From Gnetum montanum (lineage: Eukaryota; Plantae; Gnetophyta), in contig MNCI01002227.1 in NCBI GenBank assembly GCA_015680685.1, forward strand, positions 439,223 through 503,222: DNA of 64,000 nucleotides, read 5' to 3'. Shown here piece by piece: positions 13,270 to 25,199 of the stretch. Below the pieces are notes generated by a model. The model ran no database searches. It was not told where the DNA came from and worked only from the letters and a program-made list of their open reading frames with translations. The position numbers were made by a program, and so were the translations under genes. Every line of letters begins with the position of its first letter. Position 1 is the first letter of the stretch.

Positions 13270-15000
13270 ACATGCAAGGACTATGTTCAATTGGTGTAAA
13301 CAATTTGAGAGAAGATGGAGTAAGTCCTAGAACAAGGAGGACCTCAATGCATAAGACCTCCTCTAAACCTAGAAAAGATAGATCAAGGCACCATGGGGGA
13401 AGATATAGGAGCCATGGCGATTCTCCTAGTTCTTCATCTTCCTCTTCCTCTTCAACGTCTAGTTTTGATGACGATGAACATAGGTATAGAGATAGAGCTT
13501 CACTATGGGATCAAGGTAAAGATAGAAATCAAACCCAAGGGAAAAATCATTGACATAAAAGTGAGCATAGAAAAGATCACCATAATTAGATGAATAGAGA
13601 TATAGATTATCACCATGACATGTCTAGTACAGGTGAACCCTTGTTGGCTACTAGGGTCATGACATAGATTAGGGAGGTAGTTCAAATACACCAAAGGCAT
13701 CAAAGGGTAGCTGTATCAAATGGCTTGATATGGACAACATTCCTAAATTTAGGGGAGGTTGTAATTCTAACCCACAACATCATTTACAAGTCTTTCATGA
13801 TGCCTACACCTTGCAAAATATCAAACATAAGTGGCAAAAGCTTAAGCTCTTTCCTAGAACACTAGTCTACGAAGTCGAAAGTTGGTATAGATCATTCGAA
13901 CTAGATTCAATCCATTGATGGTCCACAATGCTGGAACTCTTCAACGAAAAATACCAAATCAATGTAAGAGTGCCCAACCTGAGAAAAAAAATCCAAGGGT
14001 GAAAGTAAGAAAATCATGAACCCTTGGATGTGGCCTTAGATAGATACTATTATCTACTACATAGATATCCAGGCCATGATTTCTCTCAAAAAGAGTAACT
14101 TTTTCACATCATAGATGGGCTTTGCAATCAAATGAGGGAGACCATGGGATTTATGCTCAAGGTCAGTTATACAAACTAAAAGCCCATAAGATACAAAGGT
14201 TAATCAAGTAGATACAAAAGAACAAGGAGAGCTATGTAAACAAGTGAATGTAGAGGAATATGATTGGGACCTAGGTGATCAAAAGAAGAGGGTCCATATC
14301 TATGATGAGGAAAAAGAGGCGACTCTTGATGAAGTAATTTCACAACAAACCTTGCCAATAAAAAAGTCTATTAATGAGCTTGAAGCAAGGCTAGATAATA
14401 TGTGGGAGTTGATGAATGAAAAAGTTACAACTTATGTAAAAACCATAGAGAAAGTAACGTGAAAAGAATTAAGTGACTAGGACAAGAGGAGGAAAAAGAA
14501 ACAAGAAACTAGTAAAAAAACTTATTGAAAAACAAGGAAAATGGTTGTAGGTGAAGAGGTTATAGACTCAACCACAAAATATGATGATGGATGTGACATC
14601 TACCTCCAATGGGCTATTGCCTAGTCATGTTACATCTACATGAGTATTGGGATTTTTCTTTAAATCCCAAGTTCATAAAAAACCAAATACCTAGGAAATT
14701 ACCTTTTTTACAAGGTAATTATAGATAGTCCTACAACCAACTGTACTATCCTAATGGGACTTCTTACCAGCCTCAACATTATTATTAACCATAGTGGCAA
14801 AACCCATAGTCATGGAGGAGGCCATCATCAAACTAGCACTACCCTTCCGGTTGGACTCATTTAGATATTACATTTACCCTTCCGGTTGGACTCATTCAGA
14901 TATTACATTTAAGATCATGTTTCCCAAGTTAGTTCAACTTCCTCTATCTCAAATTGCTACTACCACTCTCCCAAATATCATCAACCCACAACATCTTCTA
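13270..15000 (+). pseudogene. Gag of element B (degenerate)
   Basis: ORF 13730-13918 NIPKFRGG..NPQHHLQVFHDA...KLKLFPRTLVYEVESWYRS, collinear with A gag; Ser/Arg-rich N-terminus. Confidence 0.85.
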
Positions 15001-17087
15001 TGGGATCACCAACTCATGCCTTATCCTCCGTCACCTCCTTGACATTTTCATGCTTTCCTTCATCACATGACACCACCCACAACATAGGAAGGTTTGGCAC
15101 CAAAACATCAAAGGAAGAATGCCACTTGTGTTATGAACATACATGAAAATTAGAATGCTAGTGGATCTCAACCATGACTTCAGAAACATCCTTTCTTCAA
15201 GGTGATTTCCATGTGTTAGCACAAAACTTGTAGACCTACTAGCTCATCCAAACTAGTACAAAGCCAATCTGGTGCGTTACCCTTCCTCATCAAAATAATA
15301 TCTTCTAATTATACTCAAAATCCAACAACCATCACCACTTCAACATAAGACGTAATCAATAAATCTATCACTGTGGAGAGATAGAAACCTCCATGCATCA
15401 CTGTTAATAATAAAGGATGTAGTTGTGGGTTAGAAGTTCAACATCTTAACACAACCTCTATACTAATCCATCCCAAAGCTAAAGAATAAGTGTGTGAGCA
15501 AAAATAGTTCTACACAGTAGCCACTAAACCAAAAGACACCCAGTGGCTTGGAAATGGAAGCAAAAAACCATTTAAAAGATGCATGGAACTAGCCATCCTA
15601 CTTATTAGTTTTGTCTCAACCATGAACTTAGTTGTGGTGGAGATCCCCCATTTTGAATCAAGAGCTAATAAGTGCTTTTTCACTTTTTTGTTTTACACCG
15701 TCCTTAATACATTTTCTCTTTCTTAAATATTTTACACTTTCTTCTATATTTAACTTTATTTGGTTTGGATTTATTTTATGTTTTTATTATGTTTTATTCT
15801 TCTTCTTTATTATTTCTAGGACTAAAGTGCAACTACAACTGTCAATTGATGGTGGTTTGTACTCTAATGTTATTTGATTGCTAATGTTTGGATTCTATCT
15901 TTAGATTTTGATGTTAACAACTAAGACATGGCTTCTTTTTCATGATAATAGGTAGTGAGTCCACATCATCCACCCATCCACAAAACTCTATTGGGTTTCC
16001 TTGTGTTGGAAATAGGTGATCCCTTCTTAAATGAAACTATTAATGAACTTGTCACCTTGGTGGTTTCCAAAATTGGGAAGGATTAAAATGGATAGAAAAG
16101 GATGTGACTTCAAGGTGATTTTATGCTCTTTGTACTTGCCTACCCTCTTAGGTACATGAGTGTTCTCATGGATTTCTCACCATTTCGCTGTCAACCAATA
16201 AATAGGAAGCTAAAGTCTTTGCATGGTGTGGTTTCCATTCAAACAATTTCAAAATAAAATAAAATAATAATAATGGGAATTCAAAGCACACCCCTTGGAT
16301 AAAATAATGGGCTACAATCATTAGTTATGGTACTAGAAAGACATGTTACCCATGCCTAAAGGTCCCTTCTAACTAAGGTCCATCTCACTTCCTACTTCTC
16401 TTTTCTTCTTTTTAAGGAATGATGATTGATTTGTGGGGATATTCTTATGCCTTAAGTGGGTGGATTGGTCTTGGAGTGTAAATGTGAAGTCACTAAAAGT
16501 AGTTGGTTTTAATTCAGACTAAGGAAGGACATTATTGGATCCTATTAATGACAAAATCCACAAGGGACTTCATGTGATCATAATATGAGACTCCATTTCA
16601 CTCTCCACCTCATCCATCTTTGCTTTCCATATCTCACCTCACTACCTATTTTCATGTTCTATTCAGTGTCTTAGTTTGATGTGTCTAAATTTTTAGATAG
16701 TCTCTTTGGTGATTCAATCCTTAACTTACCATAACCAATAGTCACCCATGGGGCCCAAGGATTCCTTGGTTTGAGGGCATGCAAGGGCATTAAGGGCATG
16801 AGCCTGCTATGGGGAGGACCCACTTGCATACTCCTTGGTTCAATTAGTTAAGTTCCTTATTCCTTAGGCATTTGTGAATTCAAGTCTTTTGTGCTCCACA
16901 TTGGTTACGTCTAGTTGTGTGCTCCTTCATGGCATATCTTAATCATTCTTCCACTAAAAATCTCCTTTTTTGAGCATTATCTAGCTCTCTTCATGCATTT
17001 CATTATGTTCTAGGCTTTTTAGGATTCAATTTCATGTGAAAACTCTTCATTTTTCCTTTAATTTTCAAAGTTGAAAATTATATATTT

Positions 17088-17190
17088 TTGCTACGTTGAT
17101 GGGATCTCATTGATGCAGACGGCTACATCGACACAATCCCATTGATAGGATCCCATCAACACAACACAAAGATCCTATAAATATAGTGCT
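17088..17190 (+). promoter_or_regulatory. Putative internal promoter of the accessory ORF (LTR-U3-like motif cluster plus TATA)
   Basis: GCTACGTTGATGGGATCTCATTGATG...CATCGACACAAT resembles the LTR start (20684-20762); TATAAAT at 17176; donor AG|GTAAG at 17331, acceptor ~17658. Confidence 0.55.
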
Positions 17191-17749
17191 ACACTTTGAA
17201 AATTTTTTCACTTACCTTCAAATGCAAGAGAATGTTTTGTAATTTTTTAGAGCCTAGAACCTTCCAGAGCCCATATCTTTCACATCTCTTATCTAATTAA
17301 CCTCATTTTTCATTCTTGTAGCTATTAGAGGTAAGCTCTATGTTGTGGGGGCCACAAACCTTAGGTTTTTTTATGAGAAATTTTTTAATTTTTTCTAACT
17401 CCTACAGGGTTTAGCTAATAAAGTATTATTAAAATCACTAATTTAAGAAAGTTAAACCTTTCCAACAAACTCTGGTAGATATTAAATTGAAATAATAATA
17501 AAATAATATTAAAATAATCAAAGCTATCATGATCACAACTTAGCCAAGTGTAACTAATCCAAGAGATAGGGTACTTAAATGTTATAAAGTTACACATCAA
17601 ATGATAATCCTTGATCATGTTGTGATTATAGATGACACTAAGACCTAAATGCATGTAGGAAGGAGGATAATCTCAACTAAGGAATAAGCAGTCTAGAACT
17701 AGAAAGGGCTAACAAGAACAACCCTAGGAGTAGGCAATAAAAACTGATG

Positions 17750-20436
17750 CAATGGGACCCTTTTGAGAGGAGCTCGAAGTGGAATCTATTTGTTAAATTC
17801 TCCAAGCTAAAATAGAGCAATCCCGCTAAGATGAGGCACCAGGACTAAGGCCAAACCTTGAGGTCACATTGACAGATGCCTACCTTAGGAAAATTTATCC
17901 TAGGAATATCCATGTGGCTAATCATCACCTCTAGTGGGGTGTGGCACATGGAAGAGACCTATCTCTTCTAGAATAACAAGCAACTAGACATCATTATGAA
18001 GATCAAGGACATAAGTGTGTCCTACTTGGTGAAGGCNGTGAAGATCAAGGACATAAGTGTGTCCTACTTGGTGAAGGCCATCTCTATGGCCTTTGGCTTG
18101 CCTAAAACTAGGACTAATATAGCAAAAATCTCTACACAAGCAGACCTAGAGGTCAAAAAGGAGTGGGTCTAGTGGTGCTATAGAGTGAACTACAAGGAGT
18201 ATGGTGCACTTACCATAATAGAACATGCATACTTTAAGATAGAATCCTATTACCTTAATCTGATGAAAAGGCCCAACAAGGTGACTACCTTCTCTGCCTC
18301 TGCATTCATCACTTTGAGCAAAAAATTCCCTTCAACCTTCCACAACTGACCTATTTGAAGATAGAGAAGTAGTTCAAAGAAAACAAACATGGAAGGAAGG
18401 CACTCCCCTTTCCATGTCTCATGTGAAAATTATGCAAAAGGGGAGGGATAACCTGCTACACCAATGACACATTGAGACATTCTCCTACCTCCTCTTGGGT
18501 GGAAATGATGAAGTACAAGGTCCCTACCATGACCAAGAAAGAGGAGCAACCACCACCATCACCCACTCATGAAACAACATCGAAGGCACGTGTTGCTATG
18601 GAGTGCATGCAAAAGCTCCAAGAATAACTCTTACAATAGCAACAAGTAGGTTTGACTAATGACCCATTTGTCTACTAACTAGCCTTGAGCCATATGAATG
18701 AGGTAACTCATATAATAAGCTCATTCAAGGACAAGGCATCAACTTTCTCTATCCAAAAAATGTTGACATCCGCATGCACAAATGCTAGTGCTCAAGAGAT
18801 AATGGTGTCCATTTGAAGATAACAATAGTTTCCAAAGATCTTTGAAAATGCTGCTACCATCTCGGTGCCCTTAGAGGAGGGTGATGGGGCAACTATCTTA
18901 GTGATGCAACATCAAGGATAGGAAATAATGACCGAGGTGGTGGTAGATAGAGTGGGCAAGGCCCTAAATGTTCCTACAACATTTGCAATGGATAGTGCCA
19001 TACTTAGAGATGTGCAGCTATTTGGAGGAATGATCAGTGAGAGATTCAACTTGGCCCAGCATGAGGAGGTGTTGGAACAATTGGTGGAAACCTAGCAACC
19101 AATTCTAAAGGTCTTTGACCTTCTAGATGACATTATTGCTACCCAGTTGACACTATTGAAGGAAAGGAGTAAGTGCATCATTGCTAAGGCTCAACTTGAA
19201 ATAGCCAGAACTAAGAATCAGTGTTTGGTTGTGAAGGTTGCTAAACTTAGAGCCTGTTTTGCTAATCCCATTGTACTTAGCTAAGCAATGACCAAGGATG
19301 AAGCTTTTTAGTAACTTTAGTCTAAAATTCAACTAGCTGAGTATGAAAAGGAGTTGGCAATCTTTTACTAGCCCTTAGTTACTGCCACTACCTATAACAT
19401 TCAGAAGGACCTGTTGGAGGTTTGCCAAGAGAATGTATATCTGACTAAGGATAATCATCACTTACATATTATTGAGGTCCAAAAGATAAAAATGGTTGAA
19501 TATATGAGACAATTGTAGGAGCAACTTGCCATGATGACATTGGACTTGAGGAGGTTAGCAGCAGAGAATCTTAATCTCTTGATGGAGAAGGTTTGTGTCC
19601 TTCACTAGAGATTTGTAATCAAAATCATTACCTGGAAGAATGAGGCCCTAAAATTTGAATGGATTAAGAACCACCACAAGGAATAGGTTTGTTTACATAA
19701 GGAGATAAATGAAAAAGAAATCAAACTGATGAAGGCAAAGGTGAATGAGGCCCTCCAACTAGGAGATGATGTGTGGTAGCCTAGCCTATCTTTGGTGGGT
19801 TGAATGCATGCAACAAAGTTGAAATCCACCTCAAGGAGCTATAGATTAAGAATATGATCAACTACATGGAGCTTGCCAACCTCCACTATGCAAACTTGGC
19901 AATGTTGACTGCTGAAAGGTTAAGTTAAAATTTGGAAAAGCAAGTGGCTAGCTCGTACTTGATGTACAAGGCTAAGTTCAAGCACCATAAGGAGACCAAG
20001 CAAAAGCTTGAAATGATAGATGCTAAAGTTGATGTTCTAAGGTAGTGCTTCACTGATCAGAGATCCACAACTGAGAACCTAGCCAAAATGTTGAATGACT
20101 ACCAAAAGATGTAGAACATTGTCAAAGCGTTTGACATTAAAAAAAAATAATTTGCAACTTGGTTTGTCAATGTGAAGGAGTTATTCTCTACAATTCCTTG
20201 TTCTTGGGATGTTTCCATAGTGACCCACATTGGTGATGTTGTGTGGACCATGTATGATCCTAGGAGTAAGTAGGAGAAGATGAAAGCATTGCTGGATGGA
20301 TTTCATCTTCCACCAAAAGTCATAGTTGTTGGTAAATAGCCATAATTGTAACCACAACCATAATAGTTGTGTGCACCAAAGGTAAGAGAAGGTCCTTTGG
20401 CACCTCAAGAACCTTCATCGCCTGGGATCATCTAAT
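17750..20436 (+). pseudogene. Athila-type accessory (env-like) ORF with long C-terminal coiled coil, degenerate
   Basis: Long purine-rich coding-like tract between internal UTR and PPT; manual translation PFNLPQLTY...ALPFPCL; homologous to the ORF in element C. Confidence 0.7.
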
Positions 20437-20664
20437 TTTCTTCCTTATCTTTAATTTGTCAAAGGAGTTGCACTATCATTTTTTGTCATGAATACCAAAT
20501 TTTTTAATGATTGTAAATTTGTACACTTGGACACTTAGTATTTGTTTGTGTTTTTTTATGTGTCAGTAATTAGTTAATAATCCCATACATTCCCAAAATT
20601 TTCTAAGAAACTTTTTCCTCCTTTTGTTCACTCAAGGATGAGTTTTCATTTAGTCATGGGGGTA

Positions 20665-21532
20665 TGATGAGTCATCGTTCTTAGGCTACATTAATAGGAT
20701 CTCATCGACGCGATCATGTTGATCCAAGGTTTGACACATTGATGCATACACATCGACACAATGTCTTCTATTGCCTATATAAATGCGTGCTCCATTTGCA
20801 TTTATGACATTGTGAAGTTAGTAATGTAGCTAGGTTCTTATAGTTTGATTTCATAACACTTAGAATATTTTCTAAGTGCCCATAGTAGGAGTTGAGAAGT
20901 GTATGGATCTTTATTCAAGCATTGATGTACTGGGACACTTCAGTGTGAGTGACAACAAAGATGAGCTTTTTTAATAAACCTTGCAGCACTTGGAATAGCA
21001 TAGATATACTTTCCATGCAATTTTACTTTACATGTATTTAGTTAATATTTACATTTCATGTGCTTAGTTAATATTTACATTTCCATGCATGTTAATGAAC
21101 TAGCAAAATGAGCCCAACCAATTTCAAGCATAAACATGTATTTGCTTGTTAATCCCAGTAGTGTTATTGCTTAGTTTGCCAGTAGCATAACACTTAGTAA
21201 TCCTAGTTGTGAATATGTCGGTTTAAAATGTGTATGACAAGATGGGAATGGACACTCATTGCCTATAGGATAGTTTTGCATTTATCTTTCTATTGTTAAT
21301 TATGTTAAATAGTTAATTTCTTTATTATCGTTAGGAGTAGCATAAAACCAAAACAACATCAACAATCATATGCCTCACTTTGGACTAAATCATATGTGAT
21401 AAAGCTACCACTAGTCCAATCATGCTTAATGATCTAGATTCATAACTAGTCCCATCCATGGAATTTAATCAAATCATGCATCAACACTTATGATTCATAT
21501 GGTTGGGTGTAGTGAGTACCCGCTACTCATCA
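20665..21532 (+). repeat. Element B 3' LTR
   Basis: Starts TGATGAG after TAGTCATGGGGGTA; ends TACCCGCTACTCATCA, then TSD. Confidence 0.93.
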
Positions 21533-22264
21533 ATCATGATGGTTCTCTCAAACCTATATATACTTTTTGTTCTTCTATTCAAAATGTGTAACACACAAAA
21601 TAGGTCATTTGGAGTAAGTTAAAGTCATTTTATACACATAAGGTTTATACTAAGATATTTTCATTACAAACATTGTAGATAATCAAGTCTTTATGGTGTA
21701 TTAAAAATCAGTAACTATGTGATTAATATAAATTAACATAATTAGTCTTTTGTTTCCTTAGACTTTGTCACCATTGTGTTACTAGACTTAACATTGTATT
21801 AAAGCAGGTATATGTTGACATAATCTATCAATATTGTGAAGTAAATATGATGATAGAATTATTAGTATTATTTAATGGAATTATAAGTATAAAAACAAAA
21901 TTGTTAACCTTCATTTTTAAGTTGAAAAATCGTGTAGAAATTATAAAGCTTATTCCATAAGCAAAGAACCATTGCTAATTGCTAAGGCATGGTTGAATCT
22001 TAGTCTTTCTACCCTTACATAATCACTAGTATGTGTTAAAATACTTAATTTATTAGAATATCAACATTTCTATCAAACTGTTATGCAAAAATAGGTTTTA
22101 CAATTTTAAGTTTGTTTGCAAAAATGATTAGTTATTGTAAGTTATTGATGTAGTTAGAATATAGATTTGAGATGCATAATAGCTATAAAATAGTTAAAAT
22201 AAGTTGTGTAGCTCTAATGGTTGATGTTATATTGCTTTTATTGATGAACCCTACTTTTTTTATA

Positions 22265-24120
22265 GGTTGTATATCAAATTTTACTAAAATGGTTCACAAT
22301 GGAAGAGGACAGGAACAATGGTAGAGTTTAGTCAAGAAAGCATAATGCAAAGTTACCCACTCCATAGTCCTCTAGGCATGACTTATTCCAAACATATTGA
22401 CTATCACAACCACAAACATTGTCATCATTATAAAGGAAAGATTAGAAAAATACACATGATGAAGCCTCCTTTTTAGTAGCAAAGGACACTAAGAAAAAGA
22501 TTAAGCTTTACTCTCTTATCATTACCTACTATGATGTTGTGGCAAATAAAACACAAAGTTTTGATATGCTTTTGTCAAAGGATGAGTACATTAGATACCT
22601 AGCCCCCAAAGTTAGTATTTAATACATTTAGTTTGTTCATAATCTTGCCACATGGTTAGTTGAAGTAGGTTTTTTTTGTTGAATTGAAGAGGTCTAGGTT
22701 AGTATCATTCATGGAGTTCATGGTGTTGAAGGATTAGCTATTGGTAGAAAAAATTATTAGAACTTATAACAATGGCTAGTTCATCTTCCAATTAAGGGAT
22801 ACCTTGTGGTTTGCTAGAATATAAAAGAAATTCTTACAATTATGTTTTTAGACAATGAAAAAAAACTTCTTTAAAGGAGGTCATGTTCTTAAGGCATCAG
22901 TTGTTGGAATGCTTCATCATAAAAAATAGTGGGAAAAGGCGTGTACCATTTCCATTGCTTGAATTCTTATTTCCTAGCTAAACATGTCATGTTCTATCTT
23001 GACAAACACCATTGCTTACCATATTATTGTAAATAATCAGAAGAATGTAATCTCATAATCTCTATTAAATTTTCTTTATGCCATGATGAAGGACAAGAAT
23101 AAGGAGTTGATTTCGTGACTATTTCTTAAAGACTTCTCTAAATATGATAAGATCATCATAGAGATTCCTTCAATAAAATAGTCTATTGAAATACAAGTTG
23201 AAGGATGGGACACACTTGCATTTGATTTTTTGATCCAATTCATGGTAAGGTTAATTATGCATCACTACAGCTTCAAAAGTAAATTTGGTTATTATGAAGC
23301 AACAATAAATTTTTTTAGGAGTTGAATAGAGAAGAGCTCTATGAAGGAAATGTTATACAACGAGGCAGAATGGAAAGATATGAAAAGGTTGATGGAGGTA
23401 AATTTCCATCCATTATTAGAGAAATTGTGAAAAAAGATAGTAGAAGCTTGTCAAAGTATTAGTCTATTGTAATGAGTAATGATTTGGTGTATCATTTGAT
23501 AATTTGAAATTAAAATGTAACATGAGATTACTTTAAAACTAGAGCCTACGATATCATGTTGAAAAAAAATAAGTAGGCTTTTGATATTGTTCTAATAGAA
23601 AATGAGGCTTTAAATAAAGATTTGAAAGAAACCTATGAATATAAAGAAAAATATGCTATAGATTTTAAAAAATATAATAAGGAGTTAAACAATGCCCTTA
23701 GGATTACTAAGAAATAAGCCATTGAATTAGAAGAACTCAAGGAAGAAATAATGTTGGTTAAAGTTCTAATTTTGAACTTGCAAATGGAGTTTAAAAGTTA
23801 ATGGTAAATATGATGGATTTGAAGGTAGACAAGTTTATGATGTAGTGAAAGAACTTCAAACTTCAAGAAGAGCTAAAAACCATGTAGAAGTGGATTGTTG
23901 ATCTTACTAAGAAAAACAATGCTATAATGAGACATATGATTAGGAAAGAAAAAGATCAAACAACATGGTGCATAGCCTACAAGAACATATTGTTATTGAT
24001 GTATTTGTAGCTCATTCTAAGGGATTATTAGCTTTTGTTCTAAACTAGGGCTATGAGTTACCACCTATTTTCACTATGTATTTACTGTTACTTTTGGTGA
24101 TGCATATTGAAATTAGAAAT
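22265..24120 (+). pseudogene. Highly degenerate coding relic (Glu/Lys-rich coiled-coil tail), probably TE-derived
   Basis: Acceptor-like TTTTTTATAG|G at ~22265; GAA/AAG codon-rich tract 23300-24000 with many stops; no recognisable domain. Confidence 0.35.
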
Positions 24121-24178
24121 GAGTTTATCAACAAGTCTTCTATCCTAAGGTCATGAGGTCCTACAATAGATGTCCTAC

Positions 24179-24991
24179 TAATGAGCAGCAAAGTAAACCC
24201 TATAATCAACTATAAAAATCACAAGTATTCACATGTAATCTAGTTGAATTCTATGGATTAGAACTAGTATAGTTGTCTAGATAGCTAGGTGTTAAATCAT
24301 TGGTCACTATCTTTTCAATCATATTTATGCATGGTTAGTTTGGTTAAGTGTGATAAGGGCATATGATAGTGATGTTGTATAACTATGACTAAATTAAATG
24401 AAAACATAAAAATTAATTAATTAATTAATCTAACTAATAACAAGAAGATTAATCCTACATTAGCCTAATGACGATGAGTATTTATTTTCAATTTGATATA
24501 CAAATTTTGAGCTCATGTACCTACTACCAGGATTACCAAGCATTATGCTACTAGACAAACCAAGTAATCACACTACTAGGATTACCAAGTGAATATGTGT
24601 TTATGCTTGAAATTGGTCATGCTCATTTCACTAATGATTAATATGCATGAAATTATAAATATTAAATAACTTGCATAGAAAATAAGTTACATTGAAAGTA
24701 AATTTTATTCTAAGTCAAAGTGTTACAATGAATTTAAATTAATCTCAATCCTATTACTAGTCATGGATTGCATTCACTAGATAACTTAAATTCATGTTTC
24801 AGTCATTTGTTAATCATTTATCAAGACTAAAATAACAAATTGATAGATTTTTAGTGTATTACTAACTAAACAGTTTCATAAATGTAATCAATGTGTACAT
24901 TCATATAGGCATTTATTATGCTTGCATCAACACTACTGCATTAATGAAGAAAATCATATGTTGATGTAATCAACAAAATAAAGACTTATTA
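24179..24991 (-). repeat. Element C 3' LTR
   Basis: Reverse-complement homologue of B LTRs; decayed termini TAATAAG...CTCATTA. Confidence 0.85.
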
Positions 24992-25199
24992 TATTCCTAT
25001 GACTAACTAAAAACTTATCCTCATGTTTAGAAAAATTAGGATAAAGTTGTGAAAAAAATTATGGGAGTGACTAGACTAACTTGAGTATCGCATTAAAAAA
25101 TCTATTTAAGTGTTTTACAAACTTTGATTTTTGACAAAATTGAACACATTATGTAAATTTCTTTGTGCATATATATACAAAAATGCACCAAGGCATATG

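Larger units (their letters stand above)
12172..21532 (+). mobile_element. Element B: non-autonomous Athila-like LTR element (gag plus accessory ORF, no pol)
   Basis: LTR pair, TSD ATCAT (12167-12171 / 21533-21537), degenerate PBS ~13032, PPT 20651-20664; gag and 3' UTR blocks homologous to A. Confidence 0.9.

Noticed and set aside
14841-14910. 35-bp tandem duplication in B (also a 25-bp one at ~28900-28950)
   Set aside because: Ordinary local slippage with no evidence of function
17997-18078. Perfect 40-bp duplication around the single N at 18037
   Set aside because: Identical overlap flanking an N in otherwise decayed DNA indicates a contig-join artefact
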